Source: a virus
Taxonomy: Duplodnaviria > Caudoviricetes
Length of the DNA: 56,829 nucleotides
IMG/VR virus record: IMGVR_UViG_3300048834_001011
Coordinates: 1-56,829 of that record
Direction: 5' to 3' (one strand)
Shown: positions 9,001 to 18,929 of the stretch, one piece after another
Layout of the letters: each line of letters opens with the position of its first letter
Position numbering within the stretch: the stretch's first letter is position 1
Made by a program: the position numbers and the translations under genes
Notes under the pieces: generated by a model
The model's input: the letters and a program-made list of their open reading frames with translations, nothing else
What the model was told of the DNA's origin: nothing
Database searches by the model: none

Positions 9001-10029
9001 AGCACGCACACCATCTACGTGACCAAGGTGGAGACAAACGCCACCGGCGGTCTGGTCGGCGGTGGCGTGCGCCATTTCGGGGAGGGTGGCGCGGTGGCTC
9101 CGGCGTTTCCCCGGTTGACGGGCGGTTCCGTGCCGGGTTCCGGTCACCACGACACCGTGCCGCGCACCTTGGAGGCCGGTGCGTTCGTGATCCGCAAGGC
9201 GGCGGTGCAGAAGTACGGAGCTGGGCGCTTGGCGGCCCTGGCCCGTGGCGTAGCGCATTTTGCGGTCGGAGGTTCCGTGCGGACGTCTGGCGCGAATCGC
9301 TCGCAGGGCCGTGACCCGCTGCCCAGCACGCCAAAGAAAAACCGAGACGTCGTCGAAGCCGAAAAAATGATCGAACTGGGCTTGCAGGGCCTGCGCGAGT
9401 ACTTGTCGTGGTCGCAAACCAAGTTCGGCGGCAGTCTGGATGCCACCTGGAAGACGTTTCAGCTTTGGAATCCCACGGCAGCGAAGGACAGGACGGCCCT
9501 TCAAGCGATGGTGGATCGCAAGACCTTGACCGCCAACGAGCGCCAGTCCCTGGAGCAGATCAAGCAGCGTTGGCGCTTTGCGATGGCCCAGCCCATGGCC
9601 TACGGGAAGGATCTGGAGCGCGATCTGATCGACTACATGGAGAGCTTGGAAGGCCAGTTCCTCGCGCGCGGCGGCCTGGCGAAGTCCGACACCGTCCCGG
9701 CGATGCTGACCCCCGGCGAGTACGTGGTGAACAAGGGAGCCGTCGCCCGTTTCGGCGCAGGCTTCTTCGAGGCCATCAACAACCTGAGCGCTCCGGCGCA
9801 CGCACTGGCCGGACGCGCGATGGCGGGCATCCAGGGCTTTGCCTCGGGCGGTCTGGTGCAGCCCGCAAGCCGCAGCCTGCCACGTCCGTCGTTCTCCGAA
9901 AGCACGCCCACCCGCACGGTGCGCGTGGAGCTGGCGGCCGGAGCGCAGAAGGTCAACGCCACCGTGGATGCGCGCGACGAAGCGCGCTTGCTGCAACTGC
10001 TGGACGCCGCCCGCGCCCGCACTGTCTGA
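6001..10029 (+). CDS. Tape measure protein
   Basis: 1342 aa, Ala/Gln-rich and helical; QFGQALASGVLRGEEFNSVVEN tape-measure motif; DTVPAMLTPGEYVV near the C-terminus. Confidence 0.93.
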   Translation: MANRISVLVALEGADEGLKRAINSAERSLGGFGASAKTASDKAAAGVAEVKAGMNAFGDQVAKAKTQLLAFLTINWAAGKLQEIVQIADAWNMMSARLKLATAGSREYTVAQKELFAIAQRIGVPIQETATLYGKLQQAVRMLGGEQKDALSITESISQALRLSGASATEAQSSLLQFGQALASGVLRGEEFNSVVENSPRLAKALADGLNVPIGRLRKLAEEGRLTADVVVNALMSQKDKLAAEYAQLPQTVGQAFTRLSNAFGQWISKLDESTGFTKKLAEALTWLSENLDTVMKWLGRIAEVGLAVLIYRLIPALIIAWQTAGAAAVTAASTTAAAWAAANLSLSNAIATVGKLRVAFAVLGAAIVGWEIGTWLSEKFEIVRKAGIFMVQVLMTGIEHLRFRWEVFAAIFTSDTIAEATKRHAERLTEMNRIFAEMYADASEGANAAKGAMNTAATAAEEIAKRLEAVRQGTQEAVGRGIEAVHAALEKLKSRLGEVEQAVGKAQGVVNDATAKMAEAYKGFTAIVEANLQTQITAVKARYEQEKAELERTQQSEAAKITKSTQLLTEALTQQTTLRRQATTDTLQLIDQETQARKEAAARQGATETERAANVQRVENDILATKRQTLAQALGEYRQHIDALNAEANRHLAEVQRIEEAKRQLSMSTEERIRDIRRQGMTDYEATEDRKRQIAEMQEQARRALANGELELARQLAQKAMDMAAQVASAQTSEAKRGEEARKQSEQAVSQVTQLEAQSREAYRRQEYQQATDLMRQADQLRAELAQKSKEADAQAAQGKQGVRDAIDRIRQSEEILNQTLDAEAKAHQTAAREALSARDQIRQTLEQTQTQIDQITAKLKDGLKVTLDADTERFDKAIADLDKALAEKEYLLQIQADLQEAEKKLKEYEALLKEGKTLPVDADVSKAKEALDKLKVYADQNAQFELKVATEKAQAAITNVDGMIKALDRIQTESRHTVSHNADAARSEIMSLNGANTSSTHTIYVTKVETNATGGLVGGGVRHFGEGGAVAPAFPRLTGGSVPGSGHHDTVPRTLEAGAFVIRKAAVQKYGAGRLAALARGVAHFAVGGSVRTSGANRSQGRDPLPSTPKKNRDVVEAEKMIELGLQGLREYLSWSQTKFGGSLDATWKTFQLWNPTAAKDRTALQAMVDRKTLTANERQSLEQIKQRWRFAMAQPMAYGKDLERDLIDYMESLEGQFLARGGLAKSDTVPAMLTPGEYVVNKGAVARFGAGFFEAINNLSAPAHALAGRAMAGIQGFASGGLVQPASRSLPRPSFSESTPTRTVRVELAAGAQKVNATVDARDEARLLQLLDAARARTV

Positions 10030-10038
10030 GATTCCCTG

Positions 10039-10449
10039 ATGCAACTGAAGAACCTCGCTTCCGGGGTGGCTTTGCCATTGCCCGACGACTTGCTGTGGGC
10101 GGACGAACACGCGTGGTCGCCTGCGGTGGCCAGCACTTCCTACCTGATCACCGGGGCCTTGCTGATCCAGTCGGCCACCCGGCAGGCAGGACGCCCGATC
10201 ACCTTGGTGGGCGCGCCCGACATGGCGTGGGTGACGCGCGCCACGGTCGAGCAACTGCGTGCGTGGGCGGCGCTGGCAGTGAGCGAAGCCACGGGCCGCT
10301 TCGAACTGACCCTCACCGATGGCCGCGTGTTCACGGTCGCCTTCCGTCACGCGGACACCGCCATCGAAGCCGAACCGGTGATGGGTTTCCCGGCGCGTGC
10401 CAGCACTGACTTTTACCGACTGACCCTTCGATTCCTGGAGATTGCCTGA
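10039..10449 (+). CDS. Distal tail protein-like
   Basis: 136 aa right after the TMP; LPDDLLWADE..WSP...GRPITL. Confidence 0.65.
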   Translation: MQLKNLASGVALPLPDDLLWADEHAWSPAVASTSYLITGALLIQSATRQAGRPITLVGAPDMAWVTRATVEQLRAWAALAVSEATGRFELTLTDGRVFTVAFRHADTAIEAEPVMGFPARASTDFYRLTLRFLEIA

Positions 10450-13400
10450 TGCCCATCCAATCCGGCGACGTGAAACTGCTGAAGTCCGCCGTGATGGCCG
10501 ATGTGCCCGAAGGCGGCAACGCGCCCACCGGCCTCGTGATCGCCGACGGCGTCTCCAACGCCATCTTCCCCGACATCTCCGAGCTGGATCGCGCCGGGGG
10601 CCGCGTCAATCTGCGCAAGACCTTCGTGCAGGTGGCCACCGACGACACCGACACCTACTTCGGGGCCAACGTCATCGTAGCCGAGCCGCCGCAGGACGAG
10701 CGCGTCAGCGTCACGTTGTTTTCCACCAAGAAAACCTTCGACACCCGCGAGCAGGCGCAGACCCGCATCGAGGCCTACCTCAACAAGGGCCCCGAATGGG
10801 CGGGCTACCTGTTCGAGAACCACATCGCGGGCCAGCGTGTAGTGCAACTTTTCCAGCGCCTTTCCGATGCCGTGCCCAACGTCGGGCAGACGCTGGTCTT
10901 GATCGAGAACGAGGGACTGCCAACGCAGAAGGAGCAGTACGTGCGCGCCACCGCCGTCTCGGTGGTCGAGCGCAGCTTCACCTACAACACCGATCAGGAC
11001 TACAAGGCGGCGGTCGTCACCGTCGCCATCAGCGACGCGCTGCGCTTTGATTTCACGGGCTCGCCCGCCAGCCGAACGTTCACGCGGGCAACCAACAGCA
11101 CGAAAACGCGCGACACGGTGGTGGCCGACGCGGGCACCTACGTCGGCGTTGTGCCGCTGACGCAGGCTGCCAATGTGGGCGACTTCACCATCAAGGGCGC
11201 GTCCATCTACACGCAGCTCGTGCCCAGCGCCCAGACCGAGACGCCGATCTCCTTCGTGCCACCCTACGCTGCAGCAGGTTTGCCGGTACCGGGTGCGGCA
11301 CCCGTGAGCTATACGGCCAGCCACGCCTGGAACACCAGCATCAAATTCAACCTGCCGGGCGGCTGCCTGCCGGGGTCGCTGTCCATCGTCACCGATGGCA
11401 TCACGATCTTCGACGATGCGGGCCTGCTCAAGACCGCCAGCGGCACGCTGGGCACCATCGACTACGCCAACGGCATCCTGAGCCTGAACTCCGGCTCGAT
11501 GTCCAACAGCAAGGCCATCACCTACACACCTGCTGCACAACTGCAGCGCGCGCCGCAAAGCGCGGAGATCGCGGTCACGCCGGAATCGCGCAGCCAGTCC
11601 TACGTCGGCACCGTAAATCCGGTGCCGCAACCCGGCACGCTTGCCATCAGCTACATGGCGCAGGGCCGGTGGTACGTACTGTCGGATGGCGGCAATGGCT
11701 CCCTCAAAGGGCTGGATGCCAGCTACGGCGCGGGCACTTTCAACAAGAACACCGGAGCCTTCGTCGTGACCTTGGGGGCACTGCCCGACGTGGGCTCCTC
11801 GCTGATCCTGACGTGGAACGTGCCGACCCAGGAAACGCAGCAGCCAACTGCCGCCCTGAAGGCATCGCAGGCCCTGCAGCTTGTCCCGCCCGAAGGCAAA
11901 AGCGTTCAGCCGGGCACGCTCACCATCACCTGGCCACACGAGAGCGGCACGGGCACGCGCACGGCGTCCGCCGCCATGTCTGGCGAGCTCAGTGGTGCTG
12001 CAACCGGCAGCCTGAACGTCGCGCAGAACCTCTTGAGCTTTGCGCCGAATGTCCTGCCGCCAGTCGGCGCACTGCTGACCGTGGACTACGTTGCGGGCCC
12101 CAAGCAGGAAGACAGCTTCGCGCACCCCTCGCGCGACGGCCAGGGCAAGGTGCCAGTGACCGCGAGCCTGGGCTCCATCGAGCCGGGTTCGCTGGAAATC
12201 GAGTGGAACACACTGACGGACACCGCCGTGCTCGGGGTCTACACGCTGCAGCAGATTCAGGCGATGGGGCTGGGTCTGTGGAACGGGGTCGATCCCACGC
12301 AATACGCCCGCGACGATGGTGCGGGCAATGTGCTGCGCGCAGGCCAAGTCATCGGTAGCGTCAACTACGCCACCGGGGCGGTGCAGTTCCAGCCCGACGT
12401 CACAGTCAAGATTCCAAGTCCCGTCTACGGGGCGCAGCGCCTTGGCTGGGCGTCGGGCGTGGGCCAGATGTTCCGCCTCAACTACGGCGGCATCAACTAC
12501 GTGGATGCGCCGTCGCTCTACCCGAACGACGAGTCCGGCTACGTCAAGCTGCGCTACAACAGCGCGGGCTCGACCAGCAACCACAGCGAGACGTTCGCGT
12601 TCAGCCCATCGTTTCGGTTGGTGCCCGGCGTCAACGCGCAGGTGGTGACGGGCACGGTGTTGCTGGCCATCGCGGGCAGCCAGCCCTGGGGTGACAACGG
12701 TCAGGGCACGCTGCGCGAATTCACGCCCAGCGGCTGGGTCACGCGCGGCACCATCAACTACCTCTCTGGTGCGGTGACGCTCACCTCGTGGTCGGCGGGC
12801 GCGACCAACAGCATCACGCGCGCCAGTTGCGTGACCACTGTGGGCGAGAACATCTCCAGTGAGTACGTGTTCCGCACCGGTGCTGCGCCACTTCGCCCAG
12901 GATCGCTCTCCATTCAGTTCGCCCGCGCGGTGGGTGGAACCCAGACCGTGACGGCAGGCATCGACGGCACGATCACCGCGTCTGGCGTCATCGGCAGCGT
13001 CGATTACGACACTGGCCTTGTGCGAGTGCGGTTTGGCACCGTGGTCACGGCGGCGGGCAACGAGAGCGAGCCGTGGTTCGATGCCGAGAACGTGCGGCCA
13101 GACGGCAAGATCTTCCGGCCGGAGCCGGTCGCGGCCTCCAGCCTGCGTTACAGCGCCGTGGCCTACAGCTATCTGCCCCTGGATGCGGCGTTGCTGGGCA
13201 TCGACCCGGTACGCCTGCCCAGCGACGGGCGTGTGCCGATCTTCCGTCCTGGAGGCTTCGCCGTCGTCGGCCACACCGGTCGCATCACCGCCTCGGTCAG
13301 CAACGGCCAGACCATCGATTGCGCGCGGGTGCGTCTGTCGCGCGTGCGTGTGGTCGGCCACAACGGCGTGGTGATCCACACAGGCTACGTTACCGATCTG

Positions 13401-14057
13401 GAAGCAGGCACCGTCACGTTCACCGACGTGACTGGCTACAGCCAGCCAGTGACCATCGAGCACCGCATCGAGGACATGGCCGTGGTGCGCGACGTGCAAA
13501 TCAACGGCGAGATCAGCTTCACGCGCCCGCTGACGCACGCCTATCCGCTGGCCAGTCCCGGCGATCCGTTTTCTGGCAGTTTCGTCTCCAGTGCGCTGGT
13601 GGCCGGCGACCTGTTCGCCCGCGTGAACCTCGTGTTCGACCAGAGCACCTGGAACGGCAGCTGGTCGGATGAACTGATCGGCAGCGCCGCCACCGCCACC
13701 TTCAACCACACCCAGTACCCGATCACGGTCACCAATCGCGGGGCGCTCACCGAGCGCTGGGTGGTTCGGATGACCAACAGCACATCGTTCGAGGTCATCG
13801 GCGAGAACGTAGGTGTGATCGCCACCGGAAATACCAGCGCCGACTGCGCCCCCAGCAACCCGGCGACCGGCGTGCCGTACTTCCGTCTGCCCGCGCTCGG
13901 CTGGGGCAACGGCTGGGCCACCGGCAACGTGCTGCGCTTCAACACCATCGGCAGCCAGTTCCCGGTCTGGGTGGTGCGCACCGTCCAGCAGGGGCCCGAA
14001 TCCGTGCCTGACGACCACTTCACGCTGCTCATTCGCGGCGATGTCGACACCCCCTGA
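10449..14057 (+). CDS. Large tail tip / virion structural protein
   Basis: 1202 aa; NAIFPDISELDRAGGRVNLRK N-terminus, repeated GTIDYxxG beta motifs. Confidence 0.8.
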   Translation: MPIQSGDVKLLKSAVMADVPEGGNAPTGLVIADGVSNAIFPDISELDRAGGRVNLRKTFVQVATDDTDTYFGANVIVAEPPQDERVSVTLFSTKKTFDTREQAQTRIEAYLNKGPEWAGYLFENHIAGQRVVQLFQRLSDAVPNVGQTLVLIENEGLPTQKEQYVRATAVSVVERSFTYNTDQDYKAAVVTVAISDALRFDFTGSPASRTFTRATNSTKTRDTVVADAGTYVGVVPLTQAANVGDFTIKGASIYTQLVPSAQTETPISFVPPYAAAGLPVPGAAPVSYTASHAWNTSIKFNLPGGCLPGSLSIVTDGITIFDDAGLLKTASGTLGTIDYANGILSLNSGSMSNSKAITYTPAAQLQRAPQSAEIAVTPESRSQSYVGTVNPVPQPGTLAISYMAQGRWYVLSDGGNGSLKGLDASYGAGTFNKNTGAFVVTLGALPDVGSSLILTWNVPTQETQQPTAALKASQALQLVPPEGKSVQPGTLTITWPHESGTGTRTASAAMSGELSGAATGSLNVAQNLLSFAPNVLPPVGALLTVDYVAGPKQEDSFAHPSRDGQGKVPVTASLGSIEPGSLEIEWNTLTDTAVLGVYTLQQIQAMGLGLWNGVDPTQYARDDGAGNVLRAGQVIGSVNYATGAVQFQPDVTVKIPSPVYGAQRLGWASGVGQMFRLNYGGINYVDAPSLYPNDESGYVKLRYNSAGSTSNHSETFAFSPSFRLVPGVNAQVVTGTVLLAIAGSQPWGDNGQGTLREFTPSGWVTRGTINYLSGAVTLTSWSAGATNSITRASCVTTVGENISSEYVFRTGAAPLRPGSLSIQFARAVGGTQTVTAGIDGTITASGVIGSVDYDTGLVRVRFGTVVTAAGNESEPWFDAENVRPDGKIFRPEPVAASSLRYSAVAYSYLPLDAALLGIDPVRLPSDGRVPIFRPGGFAVVGHTGRITASVSNGQTIDCARVRLSRVRVVGHNGVVIHTGYVTDLEAGTVTFTDVTGYSQPVTIEHRIEDMAVVRDVQINGEISFTRPLTHAYPLASPGDPFSGSFVSSALVAGDLFARVNLVFDQSTWNGSWSDELIGSAATATFNHTQYPITVTNRGALTERWVVRMTNSTSFEVIGENVGVIATGNTSADCAPSNPATGVPYFRLPALGWGNGWATGNVLRFNTIGSQFPVWVVRTVQQGPESVPDDHFTLLIRGDVDTP

Positions 14058-14074
14058 GCACAAGGAAATCAGCA

Positions 14075-15343
14075 ATGACCGACCTCACCGTCAAATTCTT
14101 CAACAGCGGGATGACGGGCGCGCCGCAGATCGCCAACAACTGGGGCGATCTTGTGACGATGCTCGACGCCTGCATCGTCAACGGCTTCGCGCTCAAAGCC
14201 ATCGACACGATGACCTTCGCTGATGGCATCGCCACGGCCACCATCAGCGCGGGCCACGCCTATCGGCTCGAGCAGGTGCTGGAGATCGCTGGAGCCGACC
14301 AGCCCGAGTACAACGGGCAGTTCCGTGTCATCGCCACCACCGCGACCACCTTCACCTTCGCGGTGACCGGCACGCCCGTGTCGCCCGCGACCAGCGCCAC
14401 CAGCCTCTCGGCCAAGGTTGCGCCGTTGGGCTGGGAGAAAGCGTTCGCGGGAACTGACAAGGCGGCCTACCGCAGCAAAAATCCGGCTTCGCCGCAGAAC
14501 CTGCTGCTGATCGACGACAGCCTCAAGACGCCCGGCTACACGACGACGTGGGCCAAGTGGGCGAATGTCGGCATCGTCGAAGGCCTGTCGGACATCGACA
14601 CCATCGTCGGCGCGCAGGCCCCGTTCGATCCGAACAACCCGACGCAGAACTGGAAGCAGGTGCAGGCCAACCAGTGGGGCTGGCACAAGTGGTACCACGC
14701 ACGCCAGACCGGCTATGACACTTACGGCGACAGCGGCGGCGGCGGCCGCAACTGGGTACTGGTAGGCGACGACCGGTTGTTCTTCCTGTTCGTCTCCAAC
14801 GCCGCCGGGTACGGCTGGTACGGGCGCAACAGCTACTGCTTTGGCGATATCGAAAGCTTTAAGCCGGGCGACAACTACGCCACTGTGCTGTGCGCCGACG
14901 ATCTGTACTGGAGCAACAACAACCACTACCTCAGCTACCCAGGCCAATACAACGGATACGGGATGGCCTCGTCGCTCGACTTCGCGGGCAAGGTTCTGCT
15001 GCGCAGCCACACCCAGCTCGGCCACCCAGTGCGCTTTGGCATCACATCGCTGAACACCAACAATGGCCAGCAGATCTGCGGGCGCGGGCCGATGCCGTTC
15101 CCGAACGGGACGGACTACAGCCTGTGGCTGCTGCCGACCTACGTGCGCGAGGAGTCGGGCCATATGCGCGGCCTGATGCCGGGGATGCTGTGGATGCCGC
15201 AGGATCGTCCGTACTCCGATCAGACCATCGTCGACAACGTGGTCGGTCAGGCGGGCAAAAAGTTCCTGCTGGTCAGGACGCAGTACAGCTCGGAAACCGA
15301 GGGCGCGCAGATCGCCTTCGACATCACCGGGCCGTGGAGGTAA
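14075..15343 (+). CDS. Tail fibre / virion structural protein
   Basis: MTGAPQIANNWGDLVTMLDACIVNGF N-terminus; aromatic-rich C-terminal half; AAGGA RBS. Confidence 0.7.
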   Translation: MTDLTVKFFNSGMTGAPQIANNWGDLVTMLDACIVNGFALKAIDTMTFADGIATATISAGHAYRLEQVLEIAGADQPEYNGQFRVIATTATTFTFAVTGTPVSPATSATSLSAKVAPLGWEKAFAGTDKAAYRSKNPASPQNLLLIDDSLKTPGYTTTWAKWANVGIVEGLSDIDTIVGAQAPFDPNNPTQNWKQVQANQWGWHKWYHARQTGYDTYGDSGGGGRNWVLVGDDRLFFLFVSNAAGYGWYGRNSYCFGDIESFKPGDNYATVLCADDLYWSNNNHYLSYPGQYNGYGMASSLDFAGKVLLRSHTQLGHPVRFGITSLNTNNGQQICGRGPMPFPNGTDYSLWLLPTYVREESGHMRGLMPGMLWMPQDRPYSDQTIVDNVVGQAGKKFLLVRTQYSSETEGAQIAFDITGPWR

Positions 15344-15346
15344 GCC

Positions 15347-16342
15347 ATGGCGTGGTGGGACAGCGTGGCGTCCTTGACGCCGGTCGCGGCGTGGGATGCG
15401 CTGCACTTCTCGGGCGGGCAACTGCAGGATCAGATCGGCAACAACGCGATCACCGTGCAGGGCGACGTGGCCACGCCATTCCCGCTGTACGGACTGTACG
15501 GCCAAGACAAGCCCTGGCCGCTGGCGACGCCGCTGTCCTTGTCCGGCGAGTTCGTGCTGATGGGCTTCGTGATGCACGTCAGTCGCGGGTTGGTGTTCTA
15601 CAAGGCCCTCGCCGACAGCAGCAGCTACTTTCTGGATCAGGAATCCAACGGCTCGATCTACCAGTACGCCAACGGCACGGGCGGCGTGGTGGGCAGCGGG
15701 CCCGCCTGGGCGACGCCGAAGTTCATGGCGCTGGTGGTCACCCCGGCCACTGCCCGCGTCTACATCAACAACGACTGGGCGGGCGCGGCCTTCGCGCGTT
15801 CGTGGGTGGCGGACACCGTGGGTGGCATTGGCTATTACGCCGACGGCTACGAATACAACCTCGGCGGCAGCGAGCGCTTCTTTGCGGCTGGATTGTGGTC
15901 GGGTGCCGCAAGCCTTGCCGATCTGCGTGCGCTGGAGACCGCCTGCCGGGCCGCGCTCGCGGGCCCACCGGTTGGCGTGCATTCCGCTGCCTTGGCCCGC
16001 TGGCACAGCCCGAACACTGAACTGTGGAGCCAGCCAGGCAGCTACCCGCGCCGGGTTCGAGCTGTGGCCAGCGCGCGCCGAGACATCTATTTCGGCGGCA
16101 ACGGCCAGATCACCGGCACCGTCAAGGAAAAGGGCCAACCGGATCAGCCGCTGGTGCGGCAGGTGCTGCTCTACAGCGAGAACACGCACACGCTGGTGGC
16201 CGACACGTGGTCGGATGCTGCGGGCAACTACCGCTTCAAGTGGCTCGACCCGGCACAGCGCTACACCGTGATCAGCACCGACTACCGACAGATGTACCGA
16301 GCCGTGATCGCGGACAACCTTCGCCCGGAGGCGATGCCATGA
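15347..16342 (+). CDS. Tail-tip protein, candidate receptor-binding protein
   Basis: Lectin-like aromatic beta-rich N-terminal region plus GQITGTVK...TWSDAAGNYRF beta-sandwich C-terminal module. Confidence 0.6.
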   Translation: MAWWDSVASLTPVAAWDALHFSGGQLQDQIGNNAITVQGDVATPFPLYGLYGQDKPWPLATPLSLSGEFVLMGFVMHVSRGLVFYKALADSSSYFLDQESNGSIYQYANGTGGVVGSGPAWATPKFMALVVTPATARVYINNDWAGAAFARSWVADTVGGIGYYADGYEYNLGGSERFFAAGLWSGAASLADLRALETACRAALAGPPVGVHSAALARWHSPNTELWSQPGSYPRRVRAVASARRDIYFGGNGQITGTVKEKGQPDQPLVRQVLLYSENTHTLVADTWSDAAGNYRFKWLDPAQRYTVISTDYRQMYRAVIADNLRPEAMP

Positions 16343-16734
16343 CCGTCGCCATCACCCAAGAGCACAACGAGGCGCGGCTGGCGGGCACGCTGTCGTTTCT
16401 GGATGCGGGCAGCAACCCCGCGCGCCTGCGCATCTACGGCGGGGCGCGGCCGCCCAATCCGGCTGCGACGCCCACCAGCGCGATGCTGGTCGAGATTGCG
16501 CTGACCAAGCCCGCAGGCACTGTTTCCAACGGGCTGCTGACGCTCACGCAATCCGAGGATGGCCTGATCACGGCCACCGGCATCGCCACGTGGGCGCGGC
16601 TGGTCAATGGCGACGAGGTGACTGCCCTCGATCTCGATTGCAGCGGTATCGATGGCGCGGGAGACGTGAAGCTCGCCAGCACCAATCTCTATCTGGGCGG
16701 CGATGCCCGGATGGTGTCGGCCATCCTGGGGTGA
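16339..16734 (+). CDS. Phage tail-associated hypothetical protein
   Basis: ATGA overlap; LRIYGGARP...ATGIATWARLVNG. Confidence 0.7.
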   Translation: MTVAITQEHNEARLAGTLSFLDAGSNPARLRIYGGARPPNPAATPTSAMLVEIALTKPAGTVSNGLLTLTQSEDGLITATGIATWARLVNGDEVTALDLDCSGIDGAGDVKLASTNLYLGGDARMVSAILG

Positions 16735-16737
16735 GCA

Positions 16738-18693
16738 ATGCCAGCGAATTCCGGGCAGAACGTCGACCTGCTGTTCGACCGGCCTGCCGCCACCGACGCC
16801 GATCTGATCTTCGGCGCGGACTACGTGCCGCCGCGCAACGATGTGGCGGTGCAGGCCACGCTGCCTTTGCCGGTCGCCAGCATCCACTTCATCCCGCCCG
16901 CGCGGCTGGACGTGCTGGCCGCTCTGCCGGGCTTGACGGTCAGCACGCTCATCCTGCGCCCCAGCGTGCCGCTCAACGTCGGCGCAGCCAGCCTGCCCGG
17001 CGTGGTGCTCACCGGCGAGGTGCGTTACGCCTCGCGCACGCAGCGCCCCACGGTGGGCCAGACGGCGCACGAGTGGCAACAGGCCGCACAGACCGAAGAG
17101 GGCGCGACACAGGGCCAACAGGACGCCGCTGCGACCCCAGCAGGCTGGGGCGCGGTCTGGCAGCGTGCGGAGCGCTCGATGCAAGGCATCGCGCACCGGC
17201 TGCCGCCGGTCTTGGTCGCCGCGCCTTTGCAGCGGCGCACGGGCCAGCAGCAGGCGACCCGCTTGCACGGCGCAACTGGGTTTCTCCACGAGGACGCGAC
17301 GCCCATCGCGCAGATCCGCGTTGGCGTGTTTCAGAACGCCACCCGCCTGCGCGACGCCACCCGCTTTGCGCATCAGGACGGTGACCGTACCAAGCGCGCC
17401 GGGCGGTCAGCGTTCTGGGAGAACGCCCGGCTGCTGACCCAGCGCCAGAGGACGGACTTCCAGATCGCCAGCCGCCGCCCTGTGGGTTGGCGTGGTCGCT
17501 ACCAAGACGCTATGCGCCCGCCACCGGGCATCAGCGTCTGGATCGTGCCCGAGCCACCCGATCCGCCGCGCTGCTACACGCCCAGCAGCCACCTGCTGTT
17601 TGCCGCGCTGGCTCCCGCCAGCGCGCACCTGCTGTTCATCTGCGAAAACCAAACCGAGCCGCCCGATGGCGAGCCGGTGGTCGTTCCCATCCGGAGGGTG
17701 TACTTCGTGATCAACAACGTGACCCTGCACCGACTGCCCGATGGCCTGCCGGTGCCGGTGTTCAATCTCTCACTGTCGCTGGATGCCGCGTCTTGGACGT
17801 GGGGGTTCGATGCGCAACTGCCCGCCAAGGCGGAAAGTCTGGTCGCGCCCGGCGATGCTTCCGGCCCGGTCGAATTGATGGCCAGCATAAACGGCACGCA
17901 GTTCCGCGTGCTGGCGGAAAGCATCAGCCGTGAGCGCAGCTTCGGTGACGCCAGCATCCGCGTCTCGGGTCGCGGGCGCAATGCCGTGCTGGCCGCGCCC
18001 TATGCGCCAGTGGTGAACTTCCAGCAGCCACAGGCGCGCACGGCCCGCCAGTTGATGGACGATGTGCTCACGCTCAACGGAATCCCGCTGGGTTGGAACA
18101 TCGATTGGGGCCTCACGGACTGGAACGTGCCTGCCGGGGTGTTCGTCAAGCAGGGAACGTGGATCGAGGCTTTGGTCGCCATCGCCAGCGCGGTCGGGGG
18201 CTACCTGATCCCGCATCCCTCCGACCAGAGCATCCGCGTGCGACACCGCTATCCGGCAGCACCCTGGGACTGGGCCACCGTCACGCCCGACTTCGTGCTG
18301 CCCGTGGACGCCGTCGCCCGGGAGTCGCTGCGCTGGATCGAAAAGCCCGCCTACAACCGCGTGTTCGCATCCGGCCAAGACGTCGGTGTGCTCGGGCAGG
18401 TCACGCGGGCTGGCACGGCAGGAGATGTACTGGCTCCGATGGTGGTCGATGCCCTGATCACCGAGGCGGCTGCGGCGCGCCAGCGTGGCATCGCCGTGCT
18501 GGGCGACACCGGGCAGCAGATCGAGGTCAGCCTGCGCCTGCCGGTACTGGCCGAGACGGGAATCATCGAGCCGGGGGCCTTCGTCGAGTACCAAGATGGC
18601 AGCGTCACGCGCTTGGGCCTCGTGCGCTCGACGCAGGTCGAAGCCGGGATGCCCGAGGTCTGGCAGACGCTGGGGGTGCAGAGCCATGCATAA
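16738..18693 (+). CDS. Tail tip hub-like protein
   Basis: 651 aa within the tail module, high coding-like GC bias. Confidence 0.7.
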   Translation: MPANSGQNVDLLFDRPAATDADLIFGADYVPPRNDVAVQATLPLPVASIHFIPPARLDVLAALPGLTVSTLILRPSVPLNVGAASLPGVVLTGEVRYASRTQRPTVGQTAHEWQQAAQTEEGATQGQQDAAATPAGWGAVWQRAERSMQGIAHRLPPVLVAAPLQRRTGQQQATRLHGATGFLHEDATPIAQIRVGVFQNATRLRDATRFAHQDGDRTKRAGRSAFWENARLLTQRQRTDFQIASRRPVGWRGRYQDAMRPPPGISVWIVPEPPDPPRCYTPSSHLLFAALAPASAHLLFICENQTEPPDGEPVVVPIRRVYFVINNVTLHRLPDGLPVPVFNLSLSLDAASWTWGFDAQLPAKAESLVAPGDASGPVELMASINGTQFRVLAESISRERSFGDASIRVSGRGRNAVLAAPYAPVVNFQQPQARTARQLMDDVLTLNGIPLGWNIDWGLTDWNVPAGVFVKQGTWIEALVAIASAVGGYLIPHPSDQSIRVRHRYPAAPWDWATVTPDFVLPVDAVARESLRWIEKPAYNRVFASGQDVGVLGQVTRAGTAGDVLAPMVVDALITEAAAARQRGIAVLGDTGQQIEVSLRLPVLAETGIIEPGAFVEYQDGSVTRLGLVRSTQVEAGMPEVWQTLGVQSHA

Positions 18694-18907
18694 CCTCTAC
18701 GAACAGTTCCGCCAGCTCATCCCCGACCCGCCGCTGCAGGCGGGCACGGTGGTGGGCGTCGGCTCGGGCGTGGTCACCGTCGCCTTGCCCGGTGGCGGCC
18801 TGATCCGCGCACGCGGTAGCGCCGCCATCGGCCAGAAGGTGTTCGTCCGTGACGATGCCATCGAAGGCGTCGCCCCCAGCCTCACGCTGGAGATCATCGA
18901 GATCTGA
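18686..18907 (+). CDS. Small OB-fold-like tail protein
   Basis: MHNLYEQFRQL...GQKVFVRDDAIEG; overlaps the upstream stop. Confidence 0.65.
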   Translation: MHNLYEQFRQLIPDPPLQAGTVVGVGSGVVTVALPGGGLIRARGSAAIGQKVFVRDDAIEGVAPSLTLEIIEI

Positions 18908-18929
18908 AACCCAACTTCCGCTCACCCCC

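Noticed and set aside
10413-16189. Very long antisense ORFs (1220 aa and 706 aa) and similar shadows elsewhere
   Set aside because: Expected artefact of GC-rich codon bias opposite real genes; no motifs.
14075-16342. Diversity-generating retroelement or invertible tail-fibre cassette
   Set aside because: No reverse transcriptase, template/variable repeat pair or invertase seen in the window.
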